From: the human T2T-CHM13v2.0 reference genome, Homo sapiens
Reading direction: 5' to 3' (one strand)
Assembly (NCBI RefSeq): GCF_009914755.1
Contig: NC_060932.1
Length of the DNA: 64,000 nt
The position numbers and the translations under genes are program-made. The notes below the pieces were generated by a model. It made no database searches, was not told where the DNA came from, and was given only the letters and a program-made list of their open reading frames with translations. Positions 12,985 through 27,643 of the stretch are shown here, piece by piece. How positions within the stretch are numbered: the stretch's first letter is position 1; every line of letters starts with the position of its first letter.

Positions 12985-15885
12985 TTACTGCCTCACCTGG
13001 TTGACGGCCAGCTGATTATTGCCCAAGTGTCTATAGATCTTTGACCAGTCTTTTTTTTATATTCAATGTAACAAAATTATCTCATCTAAATATCTTATCA
13101 AATCTTGAAATTGGCCTACTAGAGGCTTTTTCTCTTGCAGAAAGACTATGATAAACAATGGCATGTCCTTATAATTAAATAATGTTAAAAGAATTTATTA
13201 AATAAGCTGTTTCTCAAAAACATTGACTTCTTTAAAAAAGTATACAACCTTTTACCAGAGCCTCTTGTTAACAGAACATGCCCCATGTGAGTGTCAGTAA
13301 ATGAATTAGGTTTACTAATTAATTCTGCTCATAAATGAAAATTAAACTGAGATTTTAGTACATAAAAATACGTGGGAAAATGATTGATGAATTAAGGGAA
13401 ATGAGAACACAAGATTCCTTCCATGGACTTTAGGCACCTTTGCATTCTCTTCTTAAGAAGCTGTAGATTCATATGGAAAATAACCTATCATAGAAGAGGC
13501 TTTTCTCTCTTTGCCCTCTTAGAAACATAGACCACAAAAGTGTAGCATTAGGCTGTTATTACTGTACCACCAAAAGCACAATCTTTCAAAAAGCTGTGTT
13601 CAGTTATATGTGGCAGAGATACCAGAGAGAGCAACTAAACTGTGCACCTACTCCAAATTCAGTCATGACCAAGCAAGTCTGGAAAGTTCGGAGATGAGCC
13701 CTCCATAGGTCCCTTTGATGAGAATCTGGAAAGCCTCATGGAAGGGTCAAACAACTGGATACTTTGAAGTAAAGCCCCAAGGACTAAGGCCTATAGGCCA
13801 CTGAGAGAAAAAACCACCCCCTAATCCCCAGGCCAATGTGTCCCAGGGAATATTATGCATACCATAAATCATTTGTTGAAGAACTTGAAGTGATGCGTGG
13901 ATGACAGCTTTTTACTTTACAACCATTATAGGCAGCAGAGGAAGGTTTGAGGGAAGGTTAGTGGAGCAGCTTCTAAACTGGCAGGGGCTGGGTGGGTACA
14001 GGCTGGACCATGGGTATAACAGGGAGAGGCAGGTAGAGAGGACTGCTATTTGCAAGCATGAGGGGAGACATTCCAAAACACGTTCTCCTCCTTCTATTCC
14101 TGTCATCTCTGGTGAACCAGAGGAGTCTGAAAATATTTTTACACATAGTTGTGATTGGTAAGAGCAAGTAGGGGAGAGTCAATTTTACTTAGAACTCTAT
14201 TTTTCTGCTTGTTCTGGTGTCATCAGGAAAATTTGTTTTATGTTCATCACTGAATTTATGAATCAGTTAGGAGCTTTATTTTCTATTTCTATGTGATACC
14301 TATCTTTCTGAATGTGTTGGTCTGGAGGTTTCTGCTTTCTAATAACAATAGTCTTTCAACAGTTGTCTGTCTTCATATTCCCAAACCACACTTTCAGAGC
14401 CAATATTAATTGAGTTAATAGGTATTTGTTCTTAAAAAGAGCCTTCAGAGGGAGCACAGAGCTCCATGAGGAAATATGTGACATCTCTGTGGGAGTCCCT
14501 GCAGTCATTAGTGGCCCAACCTGGATGATATGGAAACAACAGTTGGCTCATGAATAATGCAGATATTTAATAAAACAACAAGAACAACAATAAAACCAGC
14601 TTGTTTCCAGAGGACTTTCTAGTAACCTCTTCAGGGAGCCACTCTGACCTATCTCATAGGTACTGAGACTTCAGCTCGCCCCTTCTGAGTCAGCCAGAAC
14701 TCGAATTTAGTCATTCATTCATCATTTGCCACCACAGTGCTGAGGAACAAGAGATATTTGGATTAGCAAGACACAGCCCTCTTTCAAGGATAATTACCCA
14801 GTGCGCAAAAAAAGCACCTGAATGTTTGATTCCAATATCATGTGTTAAGAATTTTGATAAAGCCATATACAAGGAACAGTAGGAAAGCAGAAAGTGGCTC
14901 CTCTAATACCCTTCATGCCAAATGTAAAGAAGCCAAGGTCTCAGAAGGCTGAGAGAAAAGGTTTTTGGGCTAAAGAGAGCCATAAACTCATGCATCTCTT
15001 TGGCGATTTATAGAGAAGTTGGTTTTCTTGTGGCTTACCACAAATAGCCAAATCATCATTTGCAATAATATTTCTACAAGAAAATTTATTGTAAGTTCCA
15101 AATAAGCCTACCTTAGAAATGAACTTCTGGAACATGATCCATTTGTAAACTCCATTCTTCATCAGTTAAGCATGTTTGTATTCTAGTGTGTCTGACAGAC
15201 TTTGAGAGGTAGTTTAAAAGCCATGGCCTAATTTTTACCCTTTAGCAATTTTCCAGGATTTCCTCTACTTGATCAAACTTATTGTTACACCTTGAAAACC
15301 AATAAGATGTCTCCCAATGGTATTGTCATGTCTTCAGCGAACTAATCTAACAGGCCATACACTCTAACTAAAACAGCAAGTCATACTTATGTTTTCTGCT
15401 TTCACTGAGGCTCTCAATACCTTCTTCCTTTGTCATTACATCAGTCAGGTAAAAGAGATAAAGCCTAAACTTGAAAACATAAAGATGAAAACAAAATTCC
15501 TTAGTCTTGCTGTTTTACTTGTGATGTGCCATTAGGCAAGCTATTCAAATTCTTTTGGCACCTCAGCATACTCAGCTATGAAATGGGAATACTAGTATTT
15601 TATTAGATCTTACTTCATAGAGGGCTTATTTAGATGAGAATTCAATAAACGAACATGCACAAAGCTCTTTAAAGGTGCTTGGTAAATAAGAACTGTTCAA
15701 TAAAGTTAGAACTAATCATCATTATCAACATTAGTTGGTGAGAAGTAGAGCAAATGTAATTATTACATATCATTTGATCTGGAAGCTCAGAAGGTGCTCA
15801 TCCTGGTGCAGGCAGAGAGAGCTGGATCTGGGTACCAGCACCTGCGCCGCTGGTCAGGCCCTTTGGAGCCAGCCAGTAGCCTTAC

Positions 15886-16066
15886 CTTCATCACCTCATT
15901 GTTCATGCCCAGCACAGCTACGTGGAGGGGCGCAATCATGTTGAAGTTTTGGAGGTTTGGGTTTGCTCCTCTGCTGAGTAGAAACTTAACGCTTTCAATT
16001 TGGTTTTCATCTACAGCACAGTGCAGAGGGCTATTCCATAATCATCCATAATCATTGCATTCAGCA
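15886..16066 (-). pseudogene. TRPA2P: TRPA1-like exon 3, frameshifted (+5 net)
   Basis: AG/GT flanked, 181 nt. Tandem ATGATTATGG x2 and GGA-AT-AGC slip near the start, then PLHCAVDENQIESVKFLLSRGANPNLQNFNMIAPLHVAVLGMNNEVMK. Confidence 0.92.
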
Positions 16067-17299
16067 CTAGAAAAAGAAACCAAAATATGGGTTAGATTTT
16101 GCTCAACACCTCTTGAGTGCCTATCCACTGCAAAACTCAGTGCCAAGTGCAACTGAAATCAGCTGCATCTTTTCTATGGAAACTAAAAACACAGCTTCAA
16201 TTCTCATGAAACATTTAATGGGCACCTAATGGGAATATATAGAAGCATGGCACTGACTTTATCAATTGAGTTAAATTTCTATCCATAGCAGTCATAAGAA
16301 AAAGATCCTCCAATTGCTACATATTTTTATCTATATGAGTTGGGGTATTGTGATAAAATATTGAGATTACATAAAACAAAGAACTATATACTGGGCACTC
16401 TACTAAGTTCACGTGACCATTATTTCTTTCAAGCCCCAACAGCCTGCTAGGCATCACCATGACAAATGTTCAGGAGGAAGATGCTGAGGTCCAGAGAGGT
16501 TAAAAGTCTTGCCAACATCACAGAGCCAGTAAGGAGGTATGGTTACCATGCCTCTCTGAACCTCAGCTTTCTCGTATTCAAAATTTGTAAAAAAAAAAAA
16601 TACAAAACATATATTCATATGCCTACACACACAGAGAGAGAGAGACACCTTGCAATGTTGCAGTGTTATTGGGACAATAATATTAAATCGTGTCTTCAAA
16701 GATCACAGCGGAGTGCCTGGCCTGTAGGAATGGCTCAGAAAATGTTAATAAGAAAAAAGACACACCACTAATAAACCACAAGACTAGAATTCGAGCTTGA
16801 GTCCCTGATGCCACACCGGCTTTCCATATATTTCTACAATACGATATATGGCACTATTTATCCTGTGAGCTCAGCATACAAGTAATAGGTCCTTTCATCC
16901 TGCAAAGTCCTATAGCTATTCTAAAATGGACATATCAACCTTGTAAATTAGTGGCAGTGTTATCTTTATGTCCACAAAAGGAGAAAAAGTATTGTCTCAT
17001 AAACATGATTTGGGGACCATCTATGGTACTTGGAACCATGTAGCCACATTTTCTGTTTCTCTCCTTTTTAAAATATATCTCTCCACTATTTCCTTTTATT
17101 CATCTAAGTGCTTCATTCTAAACAACACACATACATGCATGGACACACACACACATCTCTTGACTGTTCCGTCTGATCAAGAAGAATCACTCCATTCATC
17201 ATTCCATTTGGCACCAAACTTAAACAGGGATCTATATTTACAAACTCCCATTCACTAATTAAATAACTTGAATTTCACTTTTATCCTCATCACTTTTAG

Positions 17300-18130
17300 G
17301 AAATCATTTTTACAGAAGTCACTGGGGCCTTCTAATGTAGGGGCTTTATCGTGATCTCCTTCCTACTGATCTCTTTGTGGCAAGAGCTCCTTCTAACTCT
17401 TCTGTCCCAGTAACTTCTCCCATGGTTTGAGTATCATCAATTTTTATCCATCACTATCTTCATCTTTTTCTGGCTTTTCCTCTGCTATCTGTCTCTTGGT
17501 GTTTGTACTCTACTCTTAGCTACCTTAACTAGCAATTTTGTGATCCCCTAAAGTATTTTCATGCATTTCCACTGTCTCATCGACTTCCTATGCAATCATG
17601 CTCCTGTAGGGCAGCCCCTTTCATTCTACATTTCTGGATATTTCCAGATATTATTGAAGATTATAGATATTGCCCGCTGGATATTTCCAAGTGGATGTCC
17701 CCTGGGCCTTTCAAACTCACAGTGACCAAATCTCACACCTTCGCACTCACTTACTTTTTGTTTTCTCATATTCCTCCTTTTGGGGGATGTTTATATTATT
17801 AGCCTAATCTCCTAAATTTAAGAATTTCAAAGTCAGTTCCAACTCCCTGCCCCTTTCTCTTCCCATTTACTCTGCTGTTAAGCACTGTTGACTTTACATG
17901 CCAATATCTCTTGAACCTCTCCCTGTCTCCTTATTGTAGCCTCACAAACCTGGTGAACTTTTATCCTCTGTTTACTACCAAAATAGCTTTTTAGCTTGGC
18001 TTCCACTTCTAATCCATCTTCCACAATATTGATGGAATTATCTTATATAGTGAAGGTCTTATCACACCATCTCACTGCCTCCATCTCTGTGGCATCCACC
18101 TCCCTCATTGCCTGCAGTTGAACTGCTTAA
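17300..18130. mobile_element. Degenerate L2 fragment
   Basis: Pyrimidine-rich L2-like motifs (GATATTTCCAAGTGGATGTCC...CTTTCAAACTCA); boundaries approximate. Confidence 0.5.
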
Positions 18131-18543
18131 ACAAGGCAGAGTGTACAAGGCTGGCATCTGGAAAACATCACTGGTCGGGGGATGTTACACCTTCTTGAAG
18201 TGTCCATTTTCTTCAATGATAATAATTTAGGTGTAGAATAACCTCAATGGAAATAGTGTAGAAGAGTACATAAATATATATGCATTTTTACAATCTACCT
18301 AAAAATTCAAATAAAGTCTGTGCTTATTGTGGGGTGTCCTAGATCTCTGCACTATGTTTTGCAATATTTCAGTAGAAGAAGTTGAGGAGTGCTGGTGTGT
18401 AGGAAAACCCACATTTCTAAGTGAAATATACAGGCTCTTTATAATTGAAACTAATTACCCTTAAGAATCACTTTATTCCACTCTTCCCAGTGAATTGAAT
18501 GGGATAAAAGATTTCTAGAAGATGCATTGTAATGTTTTGTTAC

Positions 18544-18700
18544 CTCCAGGAAGGAAATCTTCAGAGAACATCTCCATCTAGTCGAATTGACCTTTTCCTA
18601 CAGCATATTGTGAAGAGAAGGCGTTCATGTCATCACAATTGTTTAATATCTTTTGTTTCTTAAAGTTTTGTAATCCATATGCACTTCCTTCAAAATCCTC
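18544..18700 (-). pseudogene. TRPA2P: TRPA1-like exon 2 with premature stop
   Basis: AG/GT flanked, 157 nt; EDFEGSAYGLQNFKKQKILNNCDDMNAFSSQYAVGKGQFD*MEMFSED. TAG at 18580-18578 is codon 78. Confidence 0.9.
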
Positions 18701-20616
18701 CTAGAGGTATTTAAACACCATTACAACAAACAAGCATATGCAAAACTTATGACTATAAAGTTAATCATTTTATAGTCTTAAATAATTTATTATCCAAAAC
18801 TCTTTATCATGCTTATAATAAAGTAAAAGTTTTTCTTGAAATACACAAAATATTTACAGATACAAAGAAGGTATGAAAAAATGCCCCCAAATTGTTCAGT
18901 ATATGAAATAAATGTTTTTATTTTTTGACCATAAACTCATATATGCTTAGAAATAAAGGCCTTCTTCTTTGTTGCCAAGGAAATGAAGAAATCTTCCCCA
19001 AACAAATGAATCAGATACTTGCTTAAATTCTACCATTGACCATAACTAGTCACATATGCCACATGATAATATATGTGTTCAAATTCTAGTTTGTTATTTT
19101 AAGGATAACTAGAGCATTTCTCACTACTGAAAAGAAAAGCTATCAATTAAAATGATGTATTAAAGTATTTAATGTATCTTAATATAGCTAAGAAATGATT
19201 TAAGATATGAGGATTTATTCAGTAAATGTCAAATTGGAATAAATAAAACCTAATTTCTTAAATTTTTGAACTTTGGATTTTGCTTCTAGAATCACAAAAC
19301 AGTACTTAACAAATCACTGTTCTATAGTAGTCTCTTAAACTGATATATGTTACTTTTTAACCAAAAAAAAAAAAGAATTCTATATAAGCTACATATGGCT
19401 TTAGTGACTATAGGATATGACAATGAGCATCCAACCACTTCCAAATTTACACATATTCAGTAATAAATTTAAAATGGGATTATTGTAGAAATAGGGTATT
19501 CTCATGTCTCATGCTATCAAAGAAAATGTTGATCTAAATCTATTTAGAAGCATTCTGGCACTTGAATTTGATACGCTATTTGGGTAATAAAGAGATTGTG
19601 CTGCCTACTCCCTAGTGCCAGAATGAGCAGTTTGGGATGTCTGTTCAGCGATGTGCTGTCAACACAAACCCAATTCCACACTCTTTAGAGGGAGTACTAG
19701 GTTCAGATGCTCACAAGGCACTATTGAATTCACAATAACAAAACAGCATCTAAATACTTTACACGAGCATATCAGATGTACTAGATCTTCTCAATCAGTA
19801 CCTAAGGTATTGTCAGGCTTTGAAAAGATTTTTTAAAGTTCTGAAAGTAAGCCAAGGATGTCATTTAGACAAGTTATATATTCATTTAATGTAGTTTCAT
19901 GTTGTCACAGAGTCACTTCAGATTCCTTATGATTCAGACCTATGTGATTAGATTCAGAACATAATAGACTAGATCACTTTTAGATAAGCTAATTCTAACT
20001 AAACCCCTTAAAACAGAAATATCAAACGCATCTGTTTTAGGTTGCTTTAATGAAATACATAAAAGTAGCAATGTGGCCAAAAGGTTGGAAACTAAGGTGA
20101 GAGATAACAATTGGAAGATCAAATGCTGAAGTATTCACTATCTTGAAAGAAAATAATTGGAAAAGGCTAAAAGCATCAGTCCAGTTGTTCTTTTTCCACA
20201 TTTCTCATCTTGTAAGTTTTCTGTGATCCTTCAGTTTTGTTAGTGTTCCTGAGATACTGTGTATGTGCTGGAGAAAATACGTTATACAGCTTTTCTTTTA
20301 ATTTAGGAAACCACCAAAAACCCTCTAGAGTTCAAAAAACCCTTCATGGTATTATATATGTTTCTTTGTAATGAGTACAACCACTGAGATTTTTACAAGA
20401 TGATCTGAAAGTACCACAGTTAATGAAATAAAATATATAAATCCCTCAATCTACAAACTCAAATAAAAAAATAAAAATAAAAAGCCTTAAATAACGTAAG
20501 TGGTTCTACTTAGGCAATAAATCTAAATAAGGACAATTAGAAACATGAAGAAAAATAATTTTGAGACTTGGTGCTGAGAAATCCCTCAGCAAATATCTCT
20601 AGAAAATGAAACCACA

Positions 20617-20988
<372 letters not shown>

Positions 20989-22309
20989 TTAAAATTTCTT
21001 CCAGTCCCATATTAATTGTAAAGATACTATCCTGGAGGGTGAAATCCATTCATGACTCTGTTCTCTGCAGTAAGCCAAAAGGCCACAGTTACCTTGCTAA
21101 TATTAAGAAGGACAAAAAATGTCTGTGGTCAAGGTGGATATGCCAACAGACTCACCTTGGGAGGCCTGGCTACTTGGTGTGTGTGATTTACTATACATGC
21201 CTGATTCACACACACAGCTGGCAACAGTGCCAATTTGTGCAACCTATTTAGAGAGCAATTTGGCAATTGCTACCAAACTTAAGGCTGTATGTACCTCTTG
21301 ACCCTGCTAGGACTTTAACATACAGACAGTCCCGCAAAAGTAACAATGGACAGACAGAGAAGTCACGTCTACGCTCACAGACACACTCAGTCAGGTGTAT
21401 AATAGCAAAACAAAGCAAACATAAAACAGCCTGAGTGTCCATCAGTGCAAGACTGGTTAAATAAATCATGATCTATTCATACAGTGGGATGTTATGAAGC
21501 TGGTAAAAACAGGTAAATTTCCAAGTGCCGATTTAAAATGTATTCCAAAATATATTTTGTGAGTAAATCAAAGTGGAAATCTTCGAGTTCATACTTTTGC
21601 AAATAAAAAAAGATCCATTAACATATGCGTTTTTGTGTAAGCATTTTTTTTTTAACCTGGAAAATACATAAGAAACTGTTAACATGATTCCACTGTTGAA
21701 AGAGATTTGTGATGAGGGTTTGGAGAGTCTCTTTAATGTTGTCTCAACATTTTAAAAGAGCCCCTTTCTCCTGTTGACAATCTGATGAAATCCAGTGGTG
21801 GGCTCTGAGCACCCAACAGCCTCTATCCCTTAGACTAAGCCATCAGGTAGTAGCTAGTGCTGCCTTTAGGTCCCGAGAACTGCATAACAAACAAGTACCT
21901 ATCCTAGAGCCTTAGGCCACTCATCCAACTTCAAAAGGTCACCTCCTCCACAGCATTTCCTGACGTCTCCATCCCCTGAAGAAGGAATTCGCCAGTTCTG
22001 TCTCCGTTTTACAGGGTACATTTTCTCTGGTTTCTCTGTTTCACTCTGTTAGACCAGAAGCCTTCTCAACCCCCAAAACTCTTAAATAGTTATCCGACGA
22101 CAATCAGACACAGCCTTTTGGCTATTTGATTCTAAACAAAATCTACAAAAAAGTTCAAGTGAAACGACACACATTCCAAATTGCCCTGATTTTAGGCAGC
22201 TGCCCGATCTTGTGCCAAATGATACAGATACTTTTGGAGTAGGTTTCCCTGGACTACAGTTGTCCAGGAGCAAGAATAGATTGGGCAAACAAGCAAACAA
22301 AATAGATAA

Positions 22310-23049
22310 AGCAGGCGCTGTGTGGGCGCGTCATTAGCGGGGTCTCCTCTTGGACTGTGAACACACCCCAAAGCTTGCAACCCCCTGGCCACTCCACGCT
22401 TTCTCCAAACCAAGGGCTGCCCGCAAGGAAACCTCGAGCCGAACCGCGGCCGGACTTCAGAACCCGTCCCGACCCGCGAACCCCCAGGGTACCTTAAGCG
22501 GTTCCTTGCAGTCCTCCGTGTCGTCCCGCACATCCTCATAGACAACGCCCTGGGGCTCCTTCTTTTCTCCAGGGCGCCACATCTTCCTCGGGCTGCGCTT
22601 CATTGACCCCACCCCGGACGCCATCTGGTGCATCTGCTCCCCACGAGCGCGGGCACCTGGGGCGAGAGAGCGCTGTCAGCCGGCCAGGCGCTGGGGTCCG
22701 CGCGAGCCCGAGCTCTCCCTCGCTGCAGCTCACAGGCAGCGAAAATCTCGCTCCGCGAGAGCCCTGGAGAACTTCTGGAAGGAGTTCTCAGGCCCGCGCT
22801 ACTTACAGTGCAGGAAGCAAGCGGGGCGTGAAGAGGAGGTAGAAACACAGACCTCCCTAGCAAAGAGGGAGGCGGCGCAGCGTCTGCCGAGGACTCGCCC
22901 CTTCAGGAACAAAGTGACTCCCCCGTCCCGCTGTCCTGCAGCTGCAGCAGCGCACTCCCAGAGTCAAGCGTGTCAGGTCGGTGTGGATGCAGCGAATTTG
23001 TTGTAATCTACACATTAAGAGCCCCCTTGCCTCGCCCTGCCCCCTCCAA

Positions 23050-23050
<1 letters not shown>
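22310..23050 (-). promoter_or_regulatory. CpG island / promoter around exon 1
   Basis: Sharp GC- and CpG-rich block (many CGCG, GGGCG) in an AT-rich background, spanning the TRPA1-like 5'UTR and first donor. Confidence 0.8.
22493..22778 (-). pseudogene. TRPA2P: TRPA1-like exon 1 (5'UTR plus coding 22603-22493)
   Basis: ATG at 22603; MKRSPRKMWRPGEKKEPQGVVYEDVRDDTEDCKEPLK then GT donor at 22492. The 5'UTR resembles the TRPA1 leader (CCAGAAGTTCTCCAGGGC...). Confidence 0.93.

Positions 23051-23051
<1 letters not shown>

Positions 23052-23097
<46 letters not shown>
23052..23097. repeat. (TG)n microsatellite just upstream of the promoter
   Basis: About 23 TG units. Confidence 0.95.
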
Positions 23098-23100
<3 letters not shown>

Positions 23101-25479
23101 GAGACAGGACGAGAGAATGACAAGGTACATTGGAAAGTTTTTTAGTTTTCAGGATTTTTTTCCAACTAAAATTCTATGGACCTGTGTTTCCCTCCATGTG
23201 CACCTCCTTCTGGGGGCCTCTTTGGTATGGAAATAAGGTTTTTAGCAAAACTTCTCATTCCAAACATTTGGGAGAATAGCTAAACCCTAGCACTGGTTTG
23301 AGGGACCAGATTAAGTCCTCATGAATCTCAGGTCCCATTTCCTGCGGATAATAATATTGATCCCCGTCATGCCTTGGTGTTTAAGGGTGGTTAATAAAAA
23401 GGTTAGGTTAAAGGTAAGCCACTGCTGACTGGTGTGTTTGTTTGCCCCCAGCTTTGTTTGAAAGACTTATCTTCATAGGTCTGCTGTGCATAGGTGTCAA
23501 TTGTGTAGAATAAAACGTGTTCCCTCTCAATCGAAGAGGCTGGTTCTATGTTTATGTACAGACAAGGGAGCCTCTGAAACTGTTGACGGTAAGTTCAAGT
23601 TTACAAGGCTAGAAAGCAAAAAACCTTCTTTCCAAGGCTGATTATACTTTGCACAGGACAGACGGTAGCTTTGACAGTCTTTTGCTTTGACAGACTGTGC
23701 TTCCTGAAGGCCCTGGATTGTCGTATTCACCTGCTCATCTCCAGCACTTAACTCAAGACCCCTGTGGATCCAGGACCTGGCATAGGTGCACTCAATAACC
23801 GTTTGTGGACTGTCTGACCTAGGGGCTATGGTGGGCTGAGCTTAGGGCTAGGCAGAGTGGACATGATGATGTTGAGGAACCATGAAATGTCCCCCCAAAT
23901 CTTCCAATGGATATGGCAGGTTGCCATCAATTCCACCCCTGGAGTGGAATTCCTTGGAAGGATAATATTGAACTTAACCACATCATGAGTCCATGAGTAT
24001 GGCTTGCTGGAAGATACAGGTGTTCAGCTTCACCCTCGCACACTTTTCCCACCAGCATCTTTGTTCAGGGTGTACAGAATAGGAATCAGTTGCACAGCTT
24101 GCTCTGATTTAGTTGAAGGAGGTAACGCATTTGGAGAAACCAATAAAGAAAAGAATCAGAGGGATGGGTAAAGAGAATAACTCTCATTGAGTCACTGCTG
24201 TCTACCTGACATTTTCCATACACCAGGTTCATGTTTTAAAATGGAAATACCTCATAGGAATATGATGACTTTTTATTCTTTATCATTGATTACTTTGATC
24301 AATTGCTTTTCTCACAACACTTAGCTGAAAAGGATCACTAAGGCAAAAAGGGAATAAAGAGGATGTTCAAAGCAGTCATTTTGGAAGCTGGGGCAGAAGG
24401 CATGTCATCAGATGGCTCTGTTGGCCCTTACAGACAGGGGAGGGAGGCGGTGCAGGGAACTCCAGCAATGGAGGGTGGAGGGGAATGCTGGGAGAAAAGT
24501 GGCTCCAGGTCAACAGCACCCCTTTTTTGTGACATCCCCTGGGGTCAGCTGCCAGCACAGAATGATGCTTTCTGCATTCTTGCTTCTGTACCCCATTGAC
24601 ATCCCCAAAGCACGTATTCTTTTAAATTTGTCTTCTCCAGCTTTAACACTGAAAAATATAGATGGTTAGTATTATAGAACTGAATGTTTTCCTGATTTCT
24701 CTTATAAAAGCAGAGATTAAATGTTAGTTTAATTTTTTAAAAATATTTTGGGGCACTTGTTCATTTTAGGCACTTTTCAGGCAGTGTCTTTCTAAGACCT
24801 CTCAGGAATTCTCATGACTGTTTCTTCTTAATTATTAAATTATTTCCTACCCATCAAAAATACCTATTTCATAGGCAGGCAGGGAAGCTTCCTTTTTAAA
24901 TTAACTGCTAATCTTGGTCTTAGAATGCATAATGTAGACAGGAACAACACGGTATCTAGCTGTTTACAATCAGGATCTTATTTCTTTTGAAATTTAATTA
25001 TTAATGAATAGCAATAAAGTACAATCTTTTTATATCAATTATACTTTTAAAATAATGATAATGATAAGAGGAAAGGACCCTTCATAGAAATTTCCTGAAG
25101 ATAATTTTTATTATCAAACTACAATTTGATATTACACAAGACCTTATTCAAGAAAATAAAAAGTAATAATAATAAATGATTTTATTTAAATTCTCAGGGA
25201 AAATATATGCATATATTGTTTGGTAATTTTTATGGAAAAAATCTAAATTACCAAAAATTCTCCTTAATTATTTTGTTCCTTAAATTAAAAAATGTTTTTG
25301 TTTTTAAATTAATTACATAAATATTTATTTTTAACGTCACTAATCCAGATATGTTTTTAATACCTGGAACTGAAGGTAAAACCTCTTGGTTCCCTTAAGT
25401 GCCTTAACCAATAAAATAATGAAAAGGGGCCCAATAAACATACCAAGGAAGAGAAAATAGCATCTTGAAAAAAAACATA

Positions 25480-27640
<2,161 letters not shown>

Positions 27641-27643
27641 ATA

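Noticed and set aside
22082-23236. Cluster of overlapping ORFs at the CpG island
   Set aside because: Expected from stop-poor GC-rich DNA; the only homologous reading is the TRPA1-like exon 1.
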